Assembly (NCBI RefSeq): GCF_009914755.1 | Contig: NC_060925.1 | Reading direction: 5' to 3' (one strand) | From: the human T2T-CHM13v2.0 reference genome, Homo sapiens | DNA length: 64,000 nt | Part shown: one piece after another, positions 15,741 to 33,891 of the stretch | Numbering within the stretch: the first letter of the stretch is position 1 | How the letters are laid out: each line of letters starts with the position of its first letter | Program-made: the position numbers and the translations under genes | Notes under the pieces: generated by a model | The model's database searches: none | What the model was told of the DNA's origin: nothing | Seen by the model: only the letters and a program-made list of their open reading frames with translations

Positions 15741-17043
15741 AAAGTTAGCTACTATTCTTTGTCCACATAAAGATAATTAAACATAAACATCACTCTAAAA
15801 CATCTTCTCTTAGAATTTTTTACTCCAACTGAGTCTCCAAAAAGAAAAATCCATAGAGGTATTTTGAATTTGGGGTTCAATTACTTAACCATATCAGATT
15901 TACACTATTCTTCATTTCATTTTAAATGAAATAATTTACACATGTACAAAAGAAGCTTTCTTATCTCTGAGTAGGTAGGTGGGTGTAGCTAGACTTTGTT
16001 TTTCTTTTTGCAATGATGGAGGAACAAGGCAGATTAAATTGACGTAAAAGAAAAGAGGGATTCAGTTCAACAAACAAACAGAGTAGAAATCTACAATGAA
16101 GACAGAAAGGGATCTCAGACATTTGGCCCAGATCAAGTATAGAATATTATTCTTATTCACATAAGGAAAGGATAATTAACTTTATGTTGTGAGTGTGTAA
16201 CTTCACCAAGTCCACAAGTTTAACGTGGAAAAGGGAGGATATGAACTCAGGCAGTCTATCTCCAAAGAGTTCTTAATCACTGTGCTAATACCAAATTTCA
16301 TGGATAATACCTTGAAAATTTGTGTTTTCCTACCTGAAGATTAATTTACAACCTATTAAATCAAACATATTCTAAAGTGATAAATGGCAAGCTTATCTCA
16401 ACACCTCTATCTTTAATCATGAAAATATCATTTTTGTAATAAGGAAATTGCTTTTCAATTTTCTATTGCAATGAAAAAATTTATATTGCTCATAAAAATA
16501 TAAATTCGTACTTATTATGCTGGAACACTGAGAGAAGGAAAAGTCTATTTCCCTACTGACTCAGAAGCAGCCATTAAATAAGAGTTATTGTTTCCAAGAT
16601 TGTTCACTTTCCTGCTGACTTTACTATGACTGAGGGCACCAATCAGGAAGTACATCCGAGCCATTACTGCTCGTGCTTTTCGGGAGAATACGAAATGCGA
16701 AATGGAAAAGAACAAATCATCAGGGAAAACATTTTATTACAAAGTTTCTAAAATTGTATTAAAAATAATAAGGAAAAAATGCAAATTATAAAGTAGTGTG
16801 ATGGCACATCAGTCACACATGAGCCCTATCAGCATTCAGTGCTAAAGTGCTGGATCACTGAAACAATGTTCACCTATTTGGTTTTAAACAACAACAGGTA
16901 TTTCAGATTCATGTGAATAAGACCCACCAATATATTTACATATCGTAAGAAAACTGGCTGACATCTTTCTGCAAATGGTAGCTTTTAATATGTTTCTTCC
17001 AGACAAATGAATGCTGTGCTGGGAATAAGTTATTATTTTCTAC

Positions 17044-17188
17044 CTTTCTTTTATGATGGGTTGTAGAGGCATCCATCTCTTCCTCTCCTATATTATCAAT
17101 TTGTGAAGTTGGACTACAATTCATTCTCTCCTCTTCTTGCCTCTGCAGTCTGTCTGCTACAGCCTGGATAGCTTCTGTCCATTCTTCC
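17044..17188 (-). CDS. AKT3: AKT3 internal coding exon, PH C-terminal helix and linker (approx. aa 95-143)
   Basis: TTTTTATAG|GGAAGAATGG...AGAAAG|GTAGAA; 145 nt, phase 2 to 0; EEWTEAIQAVADRLQRQEEERMNCSPTSQIDNIGEEEMDASTTHHKRK is the AKT3-specific linker; in frame with the neighbouring exons. Confidence 0.98.
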
Positions 17189-17458
17189 CTATAAAAATGA
17201 GTAAAATTTCCCATTAATAGAAGATGGTAAATGATTTAAATATTTTCCTTTTATAAACTATGAAATCAATACAAATAAAATCTATTCAGAGATCAAACAC
17301 ACTCAACACAGATAAGCATACACTCTCACCATCACCCCAAAGTGAAAATAATCCTAAGAGCATTTCATTCACCACATGCCTAAAGTCTGTAGTAGCATTT
17401 TTTGGAAGTATGTTAAAGAAAAAAAGAGAAGAAAAAAATTGTTGAAAACTCGAGTTAA

Positions 17459-17805
<347 letters not shown>

Positions 17806-18336
17806 AATCCTAACTATTAAGTTGACCCCCTAAAAGTTTGCTGCAGTTTTTAGAAGTGTTTTGCTTAGCTATTTTAAGTCCATCATTGACATCCTGAAGA
17901 TTTCTATGAGGTCCAACAGACATTCCAAGGAAAGGTTTTCAAAGCCAAAACCTTTCATTGTTTCCAGATCATAGTAAATTTCTTAGAAAAAATTAAAAAA
18001 AAGGATACAGCTTGTAGTTTGAACAATCAGTCTCAGGAGCATTTATATCAAGCATTTATTTTTTGACATTTGGTTATCAGACCAAGGATCATTATTTTTC
18101 CATGTGAATTTTAAAATCAGCTTGTCTACTTCTTAAAGTCTATTTGGATTTTGACTGGAATTACATTAAATCTATAGATGAATTTTGGGAAAACTACCAT
18201 CGTAATCATTTAAATCTTCCAATCCATGAACATGGTATAGCTCTACATTTATACAGGTCTTTAATTTCCCAATGCAATGTTTGTAATTTTCTGTGTAAAG
18301 ATCTTTCACATCTTTAACTGAATTTATTCCTACATA

Positions 18337-18668
18337 CAATCATGCACCACATAACAATGTTTCAGTCAATGATGGACTGCATATACGATGGCAGTCCCCT
18401 AAGATTATTACACTGTATTTTTACTGTACCTTTCCTATGCTTATATGTTTAGATACATAAATACTTACCATTGCATTACAATTGTCTATAGTATTCAGTA
18501 CACTAACATGCTGTACAGGTTTGTAAACTGTGAGCAACAGGCTACACCAAATAGCCTAGGTATGGGGTGGGCTATACCATCTAGGTTTGTCCAAGTAGTA
18601 TGTTTACACAATGTTCCTAATGACATGTTTCTCAAAACGTATCACTGTCATTAAGTGACACAAGACTG
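18337..18668. mobile_element. Tigger3a (MER7A)
   Basis: TA|CAATCATGCACCACATAAC...TTAAGTGACACAAGACTG TIRs. Confidence 0.85.
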
Positions 18669-19095
18669 TTCTTTTATGCTATTGTGGAGGGTTTTATTTC
18701 ACTTTCTAATTGTACTTATTAGTATTTAAAAATACAATTGATTTTTGTATATTGACTTTGTATACTGCAACTTTATTAAATTCATTTATTAGTTCCAGTC
18801 ACTCTTATTTTTCTGCATTTTCTACACATGCAACCATGTGGTATGCAAACAAGAGCAGCTTTACTTGTTTCCAATCCGTATGCTTTTTACATCTTTTTCT
18901 TGCTTTATTGCCCTAGATCAGACCTGCAGTACAAAGTTAAATGAAAGTAAACAGCAGCATACATGCTTTGTTTCACAAGTTAGGAATAACATTGTTTTCA
19001 TCCCCCTTGAATATTATGTAAGTTGTAGATCTTCTATATAACATTTACTTAATCAACTAAGTTCTATTCTATTTCTAGCCATCTGCATATTTTTA

Positions 19096-19494
<399 letters not shown>

Positions 19495-20455
19495 TTAACT
19501 TTATCATATTAATATGGTGAAATTAGCTTAATAGTTTCCAGATGTTAACACAACTTTGAATTCTTGGGAGAAGCTCCATTTGGCCACATAACTTAAGCTT
19601 TTATGCTTTTTACCTATTGTTTAATTTGTTGATACTTTGTTAAGAAATTCTGCATATGTTCACAAGTGTATTGGGCTATAGTTGTCTTTTCTTAAAATAG
19701 TTCTGTCTGATTTCTGAAATGAGGGTGACAGTGGCCTTATAAAATAAGTTGAGAAGTACTCCCTTCTCATTATTTTCTCAAACAGCTTGTAGAGGATTGG
19801 TCAAATTTCTAACTTAAATGTTTGACAGAACGCACCAATAAGGCTGTCTGGGCTTGGAACCTTTGAGGAAAGGTTCTTAATTACTAATTCACTTCCATTC
19901 ATTGATATTGGGTTTTCTAATGTTTTCTTGGATGTCAGTAATTTGTGTCTTCCCTCTTTTTCCTTTAACAATACCCCAAAACGTTTTTCAATTCTATTAA
20001 TTTTTTTCAAAGAGTACTTTTGGTTTTATTAATTATTCTCTACTATTTTTCTGTTTTCTATTTCACTAATTTCTGATTGCTGTTGTTTCTGTTTTCTTTT
20101 GGTTTATTTTTCTGGTTTCTTAAGATACAAGCTTAAGTTAACGATGTGAGAAATTTCTTCTTTTCAAATACAGGTATTTAAGGCTACAAATTTCCTTCTA
20201 AGCATTCATTTAGCTACACCCCACAAATTTTGATATGTATTATTTTCATTATTGTTCATTTAAAATTATTTTCTAATGGCTCTTGTGAGTTTTTTGACCC
20301 AATGATTATAAAAAATTATGTTAATTTCCAGTAATTGACATCTATTGTCTTACTGTTATTGATTTCTAATTAATTCTGTGGATTACAGAACATACACCAT
20401 ATAACTTTCATCTTCCAAAATGTACTCAGAATTATTTTATGACCAAGAATATGTT

Positions 20456-20460
20456 ATGTG

Positions 20461-20505
<45 letters not shown>

Positions 20506-20575
20506 TGGGTGTGTGTGTGTATATATATATATGTTATGTGTATATATATATACACATACACACATACATACACAC
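20456..20575. repeat. (TG)n/(TA)n/(CA)n microsatellite at the L1 tail position
   Basis: Lies between the TSD and the L1 3' end. Confidence 0.95.
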
Positions 20576-22539
20576 TTTAAGTTCTGGGGTACATGTGCAG
20601 AATGTGCAGTTTTCTTACATGGGTATACATGTGTCATGGCGGTTTGCTGTGCCCATCAATCCGTCACCTATATTAGGTTATTTCTGCTAATGCTATCCCT
20701 CCCCTAGCCCCCAACTCCCTGACAGGCCCCAGTATGTGATGTTCCCCTCCCTGTGTCCATGTGTTCTCATTGTTCAACTCCCACTTATGAATGAGAACAT
20801 GGGATGTTTGGTTTTCTATTCTTGTGATAGTTGGTTGAGAATGATGGTTTCCAGCTTCATCCATGTGCCTGCAAAGGACATGAACTCATCCTTTTTTATG
20901 GCTGCATAGTATTCCATGGTGTATATGTACCACACTTTTTTTATCCCGTCTATCACTGATGGACATTTGGGTTGGTTCCAAGTCTTTGCTATTGTGAATA
21001 GTGCCGCAATAAACATACGTGTGCATGTGTCTTTATGGTAGAATGATTTATAATCCTTTGGGTATATACCCACTAATGGGATTGCTAGGTCAAATGGTAT
21101 TTCTAGTTCTAGATCCTTGAGGAATTGCCACACTGTCTTCCACAATGGTTGAACTAATTTACACTCCCACCAATAGTGTAATAGCATTCCTATTTCTCCA
21201 TATCCTCTCCAGCATCTGTTGTTTCCTGACTTTTTAATGATTGCCATTCTAACTGGTGTGAGATGGTATCTCATTGTGTTTTGATTTGCATTTCTCTAAT
21301 GACCAGTGATGATGAGCATTTTTTCATACATTTGTTGGCTGCATAAATGTCTTTTGAGAAGTGTCTGTTCATATCCTTTGCCCACTTTTTGATGGGGTTG
21401 TTTTCTTCTTATAAATTTGTTTAAGTTCTTTGTAGATTCTGGATATTAGCCCTTTGTCAGACGAATAGATTGCAAAAATTTTCTCCCATTCTGTAGGCTG
21501 CCTGTTCTCTCTGATGATAGTTTCTTTTGCTGTGCAGAAGCTCTTTAGTTTAATTAAATCCCATTTGTCAATTTTCGCTTTTGTTGCCATTGCTTTTGGT
21601 GTTTTAGACATGAAGTCTTTGCCCATGCCTATGTCCTGAATGGTACTGCCTAGGTTTTCTTCTAGGGTTTTTATGGTTTTAGGTCTTACATTTAAGTCTT
21701 TAATCCATCTTGGGTTGATTTTTGTATAAGGTGTCAGTAAGGGGTCAGTTTCAGTTTTCTGCATATGGCTAGCCAGTTTTCCCAACACCATTTATTAAAT
21801 AGGGGATCCTTTCCCCATTGCTTTTTGTCAGGTTTATCAAAGATCAGATGGTTGTAGATGTGTGGTATTATTTCTGAGGGCTCTGTTCTGTTCCATTGGT
21901 CTGTATCTCTGTTTTGGTACTAGTAGCATGCTGTTTTTGTTACTGTAGCCTTGTAGTATAGTTTGAAGTCAGGCAGCATGATGCCTCCAGCTTTGTTCTT
22001 TTTGCTCAGGATTGTCTTGGCTATGCGGGCTATTTTTTGGTTCCATATGAAGTTTAAAGTAGTTTTTTCCAGTTCTGTGAAAAAAGTCAATGGTAGCTTG
22101 ATGGGGATAGCACTGAACCTATAAATTACTTTGGGCAGTATGACCATTTTCTTGATATTGATTCTTCCTATCCATGAGCACGGGTTGTTTTTCCATTTGT
22201 TTGTGTCCTCTTATTTCCTTGAGCAGTGGTTTGTAGTTCTCCTTGAAGAGGTCCTTCACATACCTTGTAATTTGGATTCCTAGGTACTTTAAGCTCTTTG
22301 CAGCAATTGTGAATGGGAGTTCACTCATGATTTGGCTGTTTATTATTGGTGTATAGGAATGCTTGTGATTTTTGCACCTTGATTTTGTATCCTGAGACTT
22401 TGCCGAAGTTGCATATCAGCTTAAGGAGATTTGGGGCTGAGACAACGGGGTTTTCTAAACATACGATCATGTCATCTGCAAACAGAGACAATTTGACTTC
22501 CTCTCTTCCTATTTGAATATCCTTTATTTCTTTCTCTTA

Positions 22540-22677
<138 letters not shown>

Positions 22678-23189
22678 TTAAATAGCTGTTATTATTTTGA
22701 GATACATTCCATCGATACTTAGTTTATTGAGAGTTTTTAGCATGAAGGGGAGTTGAGTTTTGTTGAAAGCCTTTTCTGCATCTATTGAGATAATCATGTG
22801 GTTTTTGTCATTGGTTCTGTTTATGTGATGGATTACGTTTATTGATTTGTGTATGTTGCACCAGCCTTGCATCCCAGGGATGAAGCTGACTTGATCGTGG
22901 TGGATAAGCTTTCTGATGTGCTGCTGGATTCAGTTTGCCAGTATTTTACTGAGGATTTTTGCATAGATGTTCATCAGGGATACTGGCCTGACATTTTCCT
23001 TTTTTGTTGCGTCTCTGCCAGGTTTCACCAAAGTCAAAATGTAGGAAAAAATGTTGAGGGCAGCCAGAGAGAAAGGTAGGGTTTCCCACAAAGGGAAGCT
23101 CATCAGACTAACAGCGGATCTCTCTGCAGAAACCCTACAAGCCAGAAGAGAGTGGGGGCCAATACTCAACATCCTTAGAGAAAAGAATT

Positions 23190-23472
23190 CTTTTTTTTTT
23201 TTTTTTCTGAGACGGAGTCTCACTCTGTCACCCAGGCTGCAGTGCAGTAGTGCAATCTTGGCTCACTGCAACCTCTGCCTCCTGGGTTCAAGAGATTGTC
23301 TGCCTCAGAATCCCAAGTAGCTAGGAGTACAGGTGTCTGCCCCCATGCTTGGCTAATTTTTTTGTATTTCTGGTAGAGTTGGGGTTTTGCCATGTTGGCC
23401 AGGCTGATCTCGAACTCCTGACCTCAGGTGATCCACCCGCCTTGGCCTCCCATAGTGCTGGAATTACAGGCA
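23190..23472 (-). mobile_element. AluS, slightly 5'-truncated, inside L1PA ORF1
   Basis: TSD AGAAAAGAATT (23179-23189 / 23473-23483). Confidence 0.93.
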
Positions 23473-25610
23473 AGAAAAGAATTTTCAACCCAGAATTTCA
23501 TATCCAGCCAAACTAAGCTTCGTAAGTGAAGGAGAAATAGAATGCTTTACAGACAAGCAAATGCTGAGAGGTTTTGTCACCACTACAGGGCACTAAACAC
23601 GCAAAGGAACAACTGATACCGGCCACTGCAAAAACATGCTAAATTGAAAAGACCATCAACACTATGAAGAAACTGCATCAACTAATGGTCAAACTAACCA
23701 GCTAGCATCATAAAGCATCAAATTCACATGTGACAATACTAACCTTAAATGTAAATGGGCTAAATGCCCCAATGACAAGACACAGACTGGCAAATTGGAT
23801 AAAGAGTCAAGATCCATCAATGTGCTGTATTCAGGAGATCCATCTCTCATGCAAAGACACACACAGGCTCAAAATAAAGGGAAGAAGGAATATTTACCAA
23901 GCAAATAGAAAGCAAAAAAAAAAAAAAAAAAAAAAAAGCAGGAGTTGCAATCCTAATCTCTGATAAAACAGACTTTAAACCAACAAAGATCATAAGAGAC
24001 AAAGAAAGGCATTACATAATGGTAAAGGGATCGATGCAACAAAAAGAGCTAACTATCCTAAATATAGACGCATCCAACACAGGAGCACCCAGATTCATAA
24101 AGCAAGTTCTTAGAGACCTACAAAGAGACTTAGACTCCCACACAATAATAGTGGGAGAAAGAGACATGAAAAAACCCTTCAAAAAAAAAATCAATGAATC
24201 CAGGAGCTGGTTTTTTGAAAAGATCAACAAAATAGATAGACCTCTAGCCAGACTAATAAAGAAGAGAGAAAAATCAAATAGACACAATAAAAAATGATAA
24301 AGGGGATATCACCGTCAATCCCACAGAAATACAAACTACCATCAGAGAATACTATAAACATCTCTATGCAAATAAACTAGAAAATCTAGAAGAAATGGAT
24401 AAATTCCTGGACACATACAACCTCCCAAGACTAAACCAAGGAGAAGTTGAATCCCTGAATAGACCAACAACAAGTTCCGAAATTCAGGCAGCAATTAACA
24501 GCCTACCAACCACAAAAAGTCCAGGACCAGATGGATTCACAGCTGAATTCTACCAGAGGTACAAAGAGGAGCTGGTCCCATTCCTTCTGAAACTATTCCA
24601 AACAATAGAAAAAGAGGGAATCCTCCCTAACTCATTTTATGAGGACTGCATTATCCTGATAAGAATATGTTCCATCCTGATCAATGTACCATGCTTACTT
24701 GAAAATAACGTCTCTTCTGCCACTTTTGAGTGTAGTGTTCTATAAATACTAGGTATATCAAGGTGGTTGACAATGTTATTCTATGCCTTAGCTAGTTTTT
24801 TGTGTAGCTCCTCTACCAAGTGCTGAGAATTTTTAAATCTCCAAATATGGTTGTGAAATTGCCCATTTTTATCCCTTTAATTCTGTTACATGTGTTGATG
24901 ACTGCTATATCATCCTGTTCAACAGAAACTTTTCTCATTATAAAGTATCCTAGTAATCTATGGTAATACATTTAATTTGAAATGATATAATACGGCAATC
25001 CATTCTTCTTATGCTTACTGTTTCCATGATCAATCTTTTTCAATCTATTTATTTTCAACCTGTATCTTTATCTTTTTCTCCTTTCCTGCCTGTTTTTTAA
25101 ATTATTTTGCACTTTTTCAGAATTCCATTTTAATTTTCCTGTTGGCTTTTCAGTCGTCTTTTTTTGCAATTATTTTTATATATATCCTTAGCTTTACATG
25201 GTCCACTTATGTAATATATGCCAGAATAATTTCTAATTCCATTTCTCCTCCAATTAGCCTGGTAGCCATCATACTCTCACTGTCTTTTTAGTAATTGTAA
25301 CTTAAATTATAATATTTAACTTTGACTTTGCAAAGTCTAAAATGTCCATACTTTTAACTCTTACCAGAAAATACAGCAACCTCACAAAAAATTAACTCCA
25401 TTTTTGTCAGGATCTCAATTTATATTACTTCAGATATTTTTCACTTATATAATTAAAACACAACATAAATTATTTAAAAATCAATGCTTACTTTTATTTA
25501 TTGGTTTATTTAAGCATTTTGTTTTTCATTCCATTCTGTACTTATCCTCCTGAGATTATTCTTATTGTGTCCAAAGAATACTAGGTTAGTTATTATAGGT
25601 GTGCTAGTGA

Positions 25611-25778
<168 letters not shown>

Positions 25779-28219
25779 TGAAAATATTTTCATTTTACTT
25801 TTATTCATGGAAAATAGTTGTTTCTTAGCACTCATTTTCTTTCAGAACTTTGGGGATATCATTTCATCATCTTTGGAAATATTCCATTATTTGGGAACAT
25901 TATTCAATTATATTTCATTATTATTCCATCCCACATATTGACATTATCTTTTGGTCTACATGCTGCTGCTCTGAAAGCAAACATTTTTTTCTCTGTCTAC
26001 ATTGGGGATTTTCCCACTATCTTTGTTTTTTAATAGTCTAATGAGATTAGGGATTTTCTTCATATTTTTCCTACTTGAGATTTATAGGACTTTTGAAACT
26101 ACGGTTTGGTATCTTTAACTATTTTTTTAAAAATTTCAATCATTATATTTTCAAATACTTTTTGCTCTATTCTCTCCTCTCCTTCTAAGGCTCCAGTTAT
26201 ATATATGTAAGACATGCTCACCGCATTGTTTTTATCTTACATTCTATTCTTAATTATTTTTATTTTCTATCCTCTTATCTTTGCATGTTTCACTATAAAC
26301 GTTCTGTTCTGACGTATTTTTGAGTTCGCTAATTTTCTCTAATGTGAGGTCTAGTTTGCTATTAAAGCCATCTGCTAGAACTCATAATTCCAAATGTTTT
26401 GTTTTCAATTTTAGAATTTCTATGGGGCTCTTTCTTTTTAATTTTACCTTGATTACAAATGAAAGCTATTATCCATTTGTTTCTTTTTTATACTTTCCCT
26501 CTGTAGAATCAAACAATTTTAACATACTTGAACATACTAATTAATGTATAGTTCTTTTATCTAGAGTTCCTATGAATATGATTCTATTGTCTGTTTTTTT
26601 TTCCTCTATTATTTTGGCCACATAGTGTTGAATTTTTGTGTACTCATTTTTTAACAAGTCCTGGACACAACACATGAAAACTGAGGTAATGTGAGGTCTA
26701 GGAAGATATAATCTTCTGTTAGAGTGAGTTTACATTTGCTTTTAGCAAGCTCCTAGAAAACTAGCAAAGTTGAATCACCTTCACTCAATTTCAGGACTGA
26801 AATAATTTATAGTTATATGTCAATCCTCTCAAAGCAAATCTATTTCCAGTTTACTCTTTCTTACAGGGTACAGTCCTTTAAGCTACCAATACCAAAATGT
26901 AGTGGTTTACCGTGTCTCCTCTTTGGCAGATCCTAGATTCCAAAATATCACTCCCAGCTCTGGGAGCTACTCAAAATCTCTCCATCTCCAATACCACTTC
27001 AAGAACTAGCAGGTAACCCAAAAGGAAAAGTAGGTTCACTGTCTGGGTTTCTTTCTTCAATACAGTTTTGGCCCAATAAATCTTAGCCTTATCAGCTCTC
27101 TGGTGTCTTTTTAAAAAACAAAAACAAACAAAAGTCTTTTCCAGCTTCACTAGTGGTAGTTAGCTGGACTACTGACCCAAATTACATAATTCACCATAAT
27201 TCATGATACTTAAACTATAACCCTACACCATTTGGTGAGGGTGTGGCGGGGGGGTGTGGGGGGGTAATTCCTGCAAAAAAGTATCAGGCCAAAGTACCTG
27301 ACTAATTGAAAGAGGGCATCCAATCTTTTTATTCCTAAATAATGTTTAAAAATGTAATTAATTTGAAAAACAGAATGGAGACCCCTATGAAACAAGTACA
27401 TTAATCTTTTAAAAGTACATATACTACTTCATACAAAAATCAATTTTCACCAACTGATTAGTTACTTACTAATAAATATTTAATTAAATGTCTAATACAT
27501 GTGTGCTACTAAAGTTTAAAAAAGGAATGGCTTAGGAAGAACTTACAGTCTGATGGGGGAGCCTTGGTATTGTGGGGAAGTATAATAAAATGTTATGGGT
27601 AAAATGATACAAGTATACGCTAAGTACAGTGGTGTTCTAACAATAATAAAAGTTTGTGATGGGGACCCAAAAAGAAAGGTAATTCTTGAATGTAGATGTG
27701 AAAAATGAATTGGTACTTACCAGGATGAGCAAGAGACAAGCAAAGGATACGAGGTGTTCCTAGCAGTAGGGACAAAAGGGCAAGAAGGAAAGAGCTACAG
27801 GTAATGTAAGAGCACAGTATAGCATTAGTACTTGGGAAACAACAAGGAGTTCAATGTATCTGGAACATGTTGGGGGCGAGGCATACGTGTGCGCATGCAC
27901 ATGTGTCTCTGTATGTGAGTGTGAGTGTCGTGGCCATGGTTGTGACAGTGAAAGTAGTTAGCTGTTAAGGAAGAAAAATGACCTTTGTCTATATTGTGGA
28001 TGGTCATGTGCAGCATAATAAAGTACATATACAAATCATATTTAACAGTAAATTAGTGGTGTATCCAATAAATTAAGAAAAAAGGTATATGTGCTATGAT
28101 CAAAATTATTAAACATTGCTTTAAAACACACAGAAATAATACATAAAACTATCAGAAATGAAGAGATAAAATTGTTATTGTCTGCAGATACTAGGTCTAC
28201 AAAGAATAAATGTTTTGGG

Positions 28220-28525
28220 TTACTTAACCCCAAAGGTGATGGTATTAGGAAGTGGGCCTTCATGAGGTCATGATAGAACTCATAGATTAAATTAGTGCAT
28301 TTATAGAAAAGTCCTCAGAGAGTTCCTTTGGCACTTTTACTAGGTGACAATACAGGGGAAAGACACCTTCTATGAACCGTGAAGAGGGCCCTCTCTAGAC
28401 ACTGAATTTGCCAGCACCTTGAACTTAAACACCTGGCCTCCAGAACTGTAAGAAATAAATTTCTATTGTTTATAAGCTACTCAGTTTATGATAGTTTGTT
28501 GTAGCAGCCCAAAGGGACTAAGGCA
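28220..28525 (+). mobile_element. MLT1A-like LTR
   Basis: CTCCAGAACTGTAAGAAATAAATTTCTATTGTTTATAAGC...GACTAAGGCA. Confidence 0.8.
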
Positions 28526-30575
28526 AATCCCATTTACAAAAGCATAAAAAAGAATAAAGTACTTTAGGAATAAACTTAACCAAGAAGGTGAAAGATTTGT
28601 ACACTGAAAACTACAAAACATTGCTGAAAGAAATGAAAGGAGACACAAATAAATGGAAAGACATCCCATGTTCATGCACTGAAAGGTTTAATATTGTTAA
28701 GATGTCAACACCACAAAGTAAGCTACAGATTCAATGCAATCCTTTTCAAAATCCTACAGCATTTTTGCGGAAACAGAAAAAAAAAATCCTAAAATTCGTA
28801 TGGAAACCATAAAGAATCCCAAACAGCTGAAACAATCTTGAGAAAGCAAAAAGCTGAGGGCTTCATACCTCCTGACTTCAAAATGCATTCTAAAGCTTCA
28901 GTAATTAAAACAGATTGGTACTGGCATAAAGACATATAGACTAATGGAACAGAACAGAGAGCCCAGGTAATAAAACCATATATATATACAGTCAAATGAT
29001 CTTTGACAAGGGCATCACAACTAACACAATGTGGAAATATAATGCTGCTGAGAAAACTGGGTATCAACATGCAAAAGAACAAAAGTGGAGCCTTATTTTA
29101 CACCACACACAAAACCAACTCAAAATGGATCAAAGAATAAATATAAGACATGAAACTACAAACTCCTAGGAAAAAACCACAGGAGAAAAGCTTCATAATT
29201 TGGTCCTTAGAAATGATTTCTTGATGCTGACAAAAGCAGTAATAGATGAGTAGAAGTATATCAAAATAAAAAGCTTCTGCACAGCAAACAACAGAACAAA
29301 ACAGAAAACTACAGAATGAGAGAATATATTTCCAAACCATATGTCTGATAAGGGCTTAATATTCAAAATGTATAGGGAACTCCTATAACTCAGTAGCGAA
29401 AACAAAAAACAGAAACACAAGTAAAAACTTGGCAAAAGACTTGAATAGACATTTCTTCAAAGTAGACATACAAATGATACACAGGTATTTGAAAAATGCT
29501 TAGCATTACAAATTATCAGGGAAGTACAAATCAAAACCACGATGAAATATCACCTTACACCTGCTAGTATGGCTGTTGTTTTTAAAAAAACAACAACATA
29601 AAAAATAAATAAGTAAGTGTCAGCAAGGATGTGGAGAAATTAAAACCTTGTACACTATTGTTGGGAATGTAAAATAACGTAGCTGCTACAGAAAACAGTA
29701 TGAAGATTCTTCAAAAACTTAAAAGTAGAACTACCAAATGAACCAGCAATCACATTTCTGGATATTTATTCAAACAAAGTGAAATGAGGAACTTAAACAA
29801 ATATCTGCCCTCTCATGCTCATTGTTGCACTATTCGCAATAGCCAAGAGGTGGAAACAATCTAAATATCCATCAGCAGATGAATGAATAAAGAAAATGTA
29901 TTGGCCGGCAGTGTGGCTCATGCCTGTAATTCCAGCCGAGGGAGGAGTATTGCTTGAGGCCAGGAGTTCCAGACAAGCCCTGGCAACACAGAGAAACCTT
30001 GTCTCTACAAAAAAAAAAAAAAAAAAAATTAAATTAGTTGCGTGTGTGGCTGTAGTCCCAGCTACTGGGGAGGCTAAGCTGGGAGGATCCCTTGGGCCTG
30101 AGTTCCAGGCTGCAGTAAGCCATGATCACACCACTGCACTACAGCCTGGCTGACAGAGCAAGACCTTGTCTCAAAAAAAAAAGAAAGAAGGCAATTGTGT
30201 TATATACATACAATGGAATATTATTCAGCCTTAAAAAAGAAGAAAATCCTCTAATATGCTGTAACATGGATTAACTTTGAAGACATTATACTAAGGGAAG
30301 TAAGACAGTAACAGGACAAACACTGTATGATTCCACTTATGTGATGTGTCTAAAGTAGTCGAATTCACAGAAGCAGAAAGTAGAACGGTGGTTTCCAGGG
30401 GCTGGGGGTACGGGAATGGAGAGCTACTGTTCAATGGGAACAGAGGTTCAGTCATGCCAGATGAAAACGTTCTAGAGATCTGCTGTACAATAATATGCAC
30501 ATAGTTAACAATACTCTATTATACCCTTAAAAATGAAAGAGGATTTCACATTATGTAATTTTTACCATAATTTTT
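28526..30575 (+). mobile_element. L1MB-like 3' portion
   Basis: ORF2 remnant [28 protein letters not shown] and L1MB-type 3' UTR (TATGATTCCACTTAT, GTTCTAGAGATCTG). Confidence 0.85.
29903..30190 (+). mobile_element. AluJ with deletions, inside L1MB
   Basis: Diverged dimer with an expanded central A tract. Confidence 0.85.
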
Positions 30576-31013
30576 TAAAAGAATGCACTAATATAGCTAA
30601 GAACATTTTTGTTAAAAAAAAATAAGGGATATGTTGCTATATTAACAGTTAAAAATTTTATAGTTTCTCTAATTAAGGCCATGTGGTGTTAATGCTAGAG
30701 TACAGAAAGGTCAAAGGGGAAAAAAAGACTAAATCCTAAAAGCGCAAATATGTATATGTGTTATCCACAATCAGTGAGAAAAAAATGGATTATCTAATAA
30801 ATGGAGATGAGATGATGGGCTCGCCATTGAGAAAAAAATAGAGTCCACCCTTATATCATGTACTGAAATAAATATAAGACAGGTGAGAGATATACAGATT
30901 TAGTTTATGACAGGTAAAAATTTTAGACTGGGCAGAATATTAAAAATAGAGAGTTTTTCTAACTCACACTAACCCTCTCTAAGTCTTCAATGATATTACA
31001 CTAAAGTCATATA

Positions 31014-33891
<2,878 letters not shown>

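Noticed and set aside
16936-17214. 92-aa ORF as a stand-alone gene
   Set aside because: It is the 145-nt AKT3 exon plus intronic flanks.
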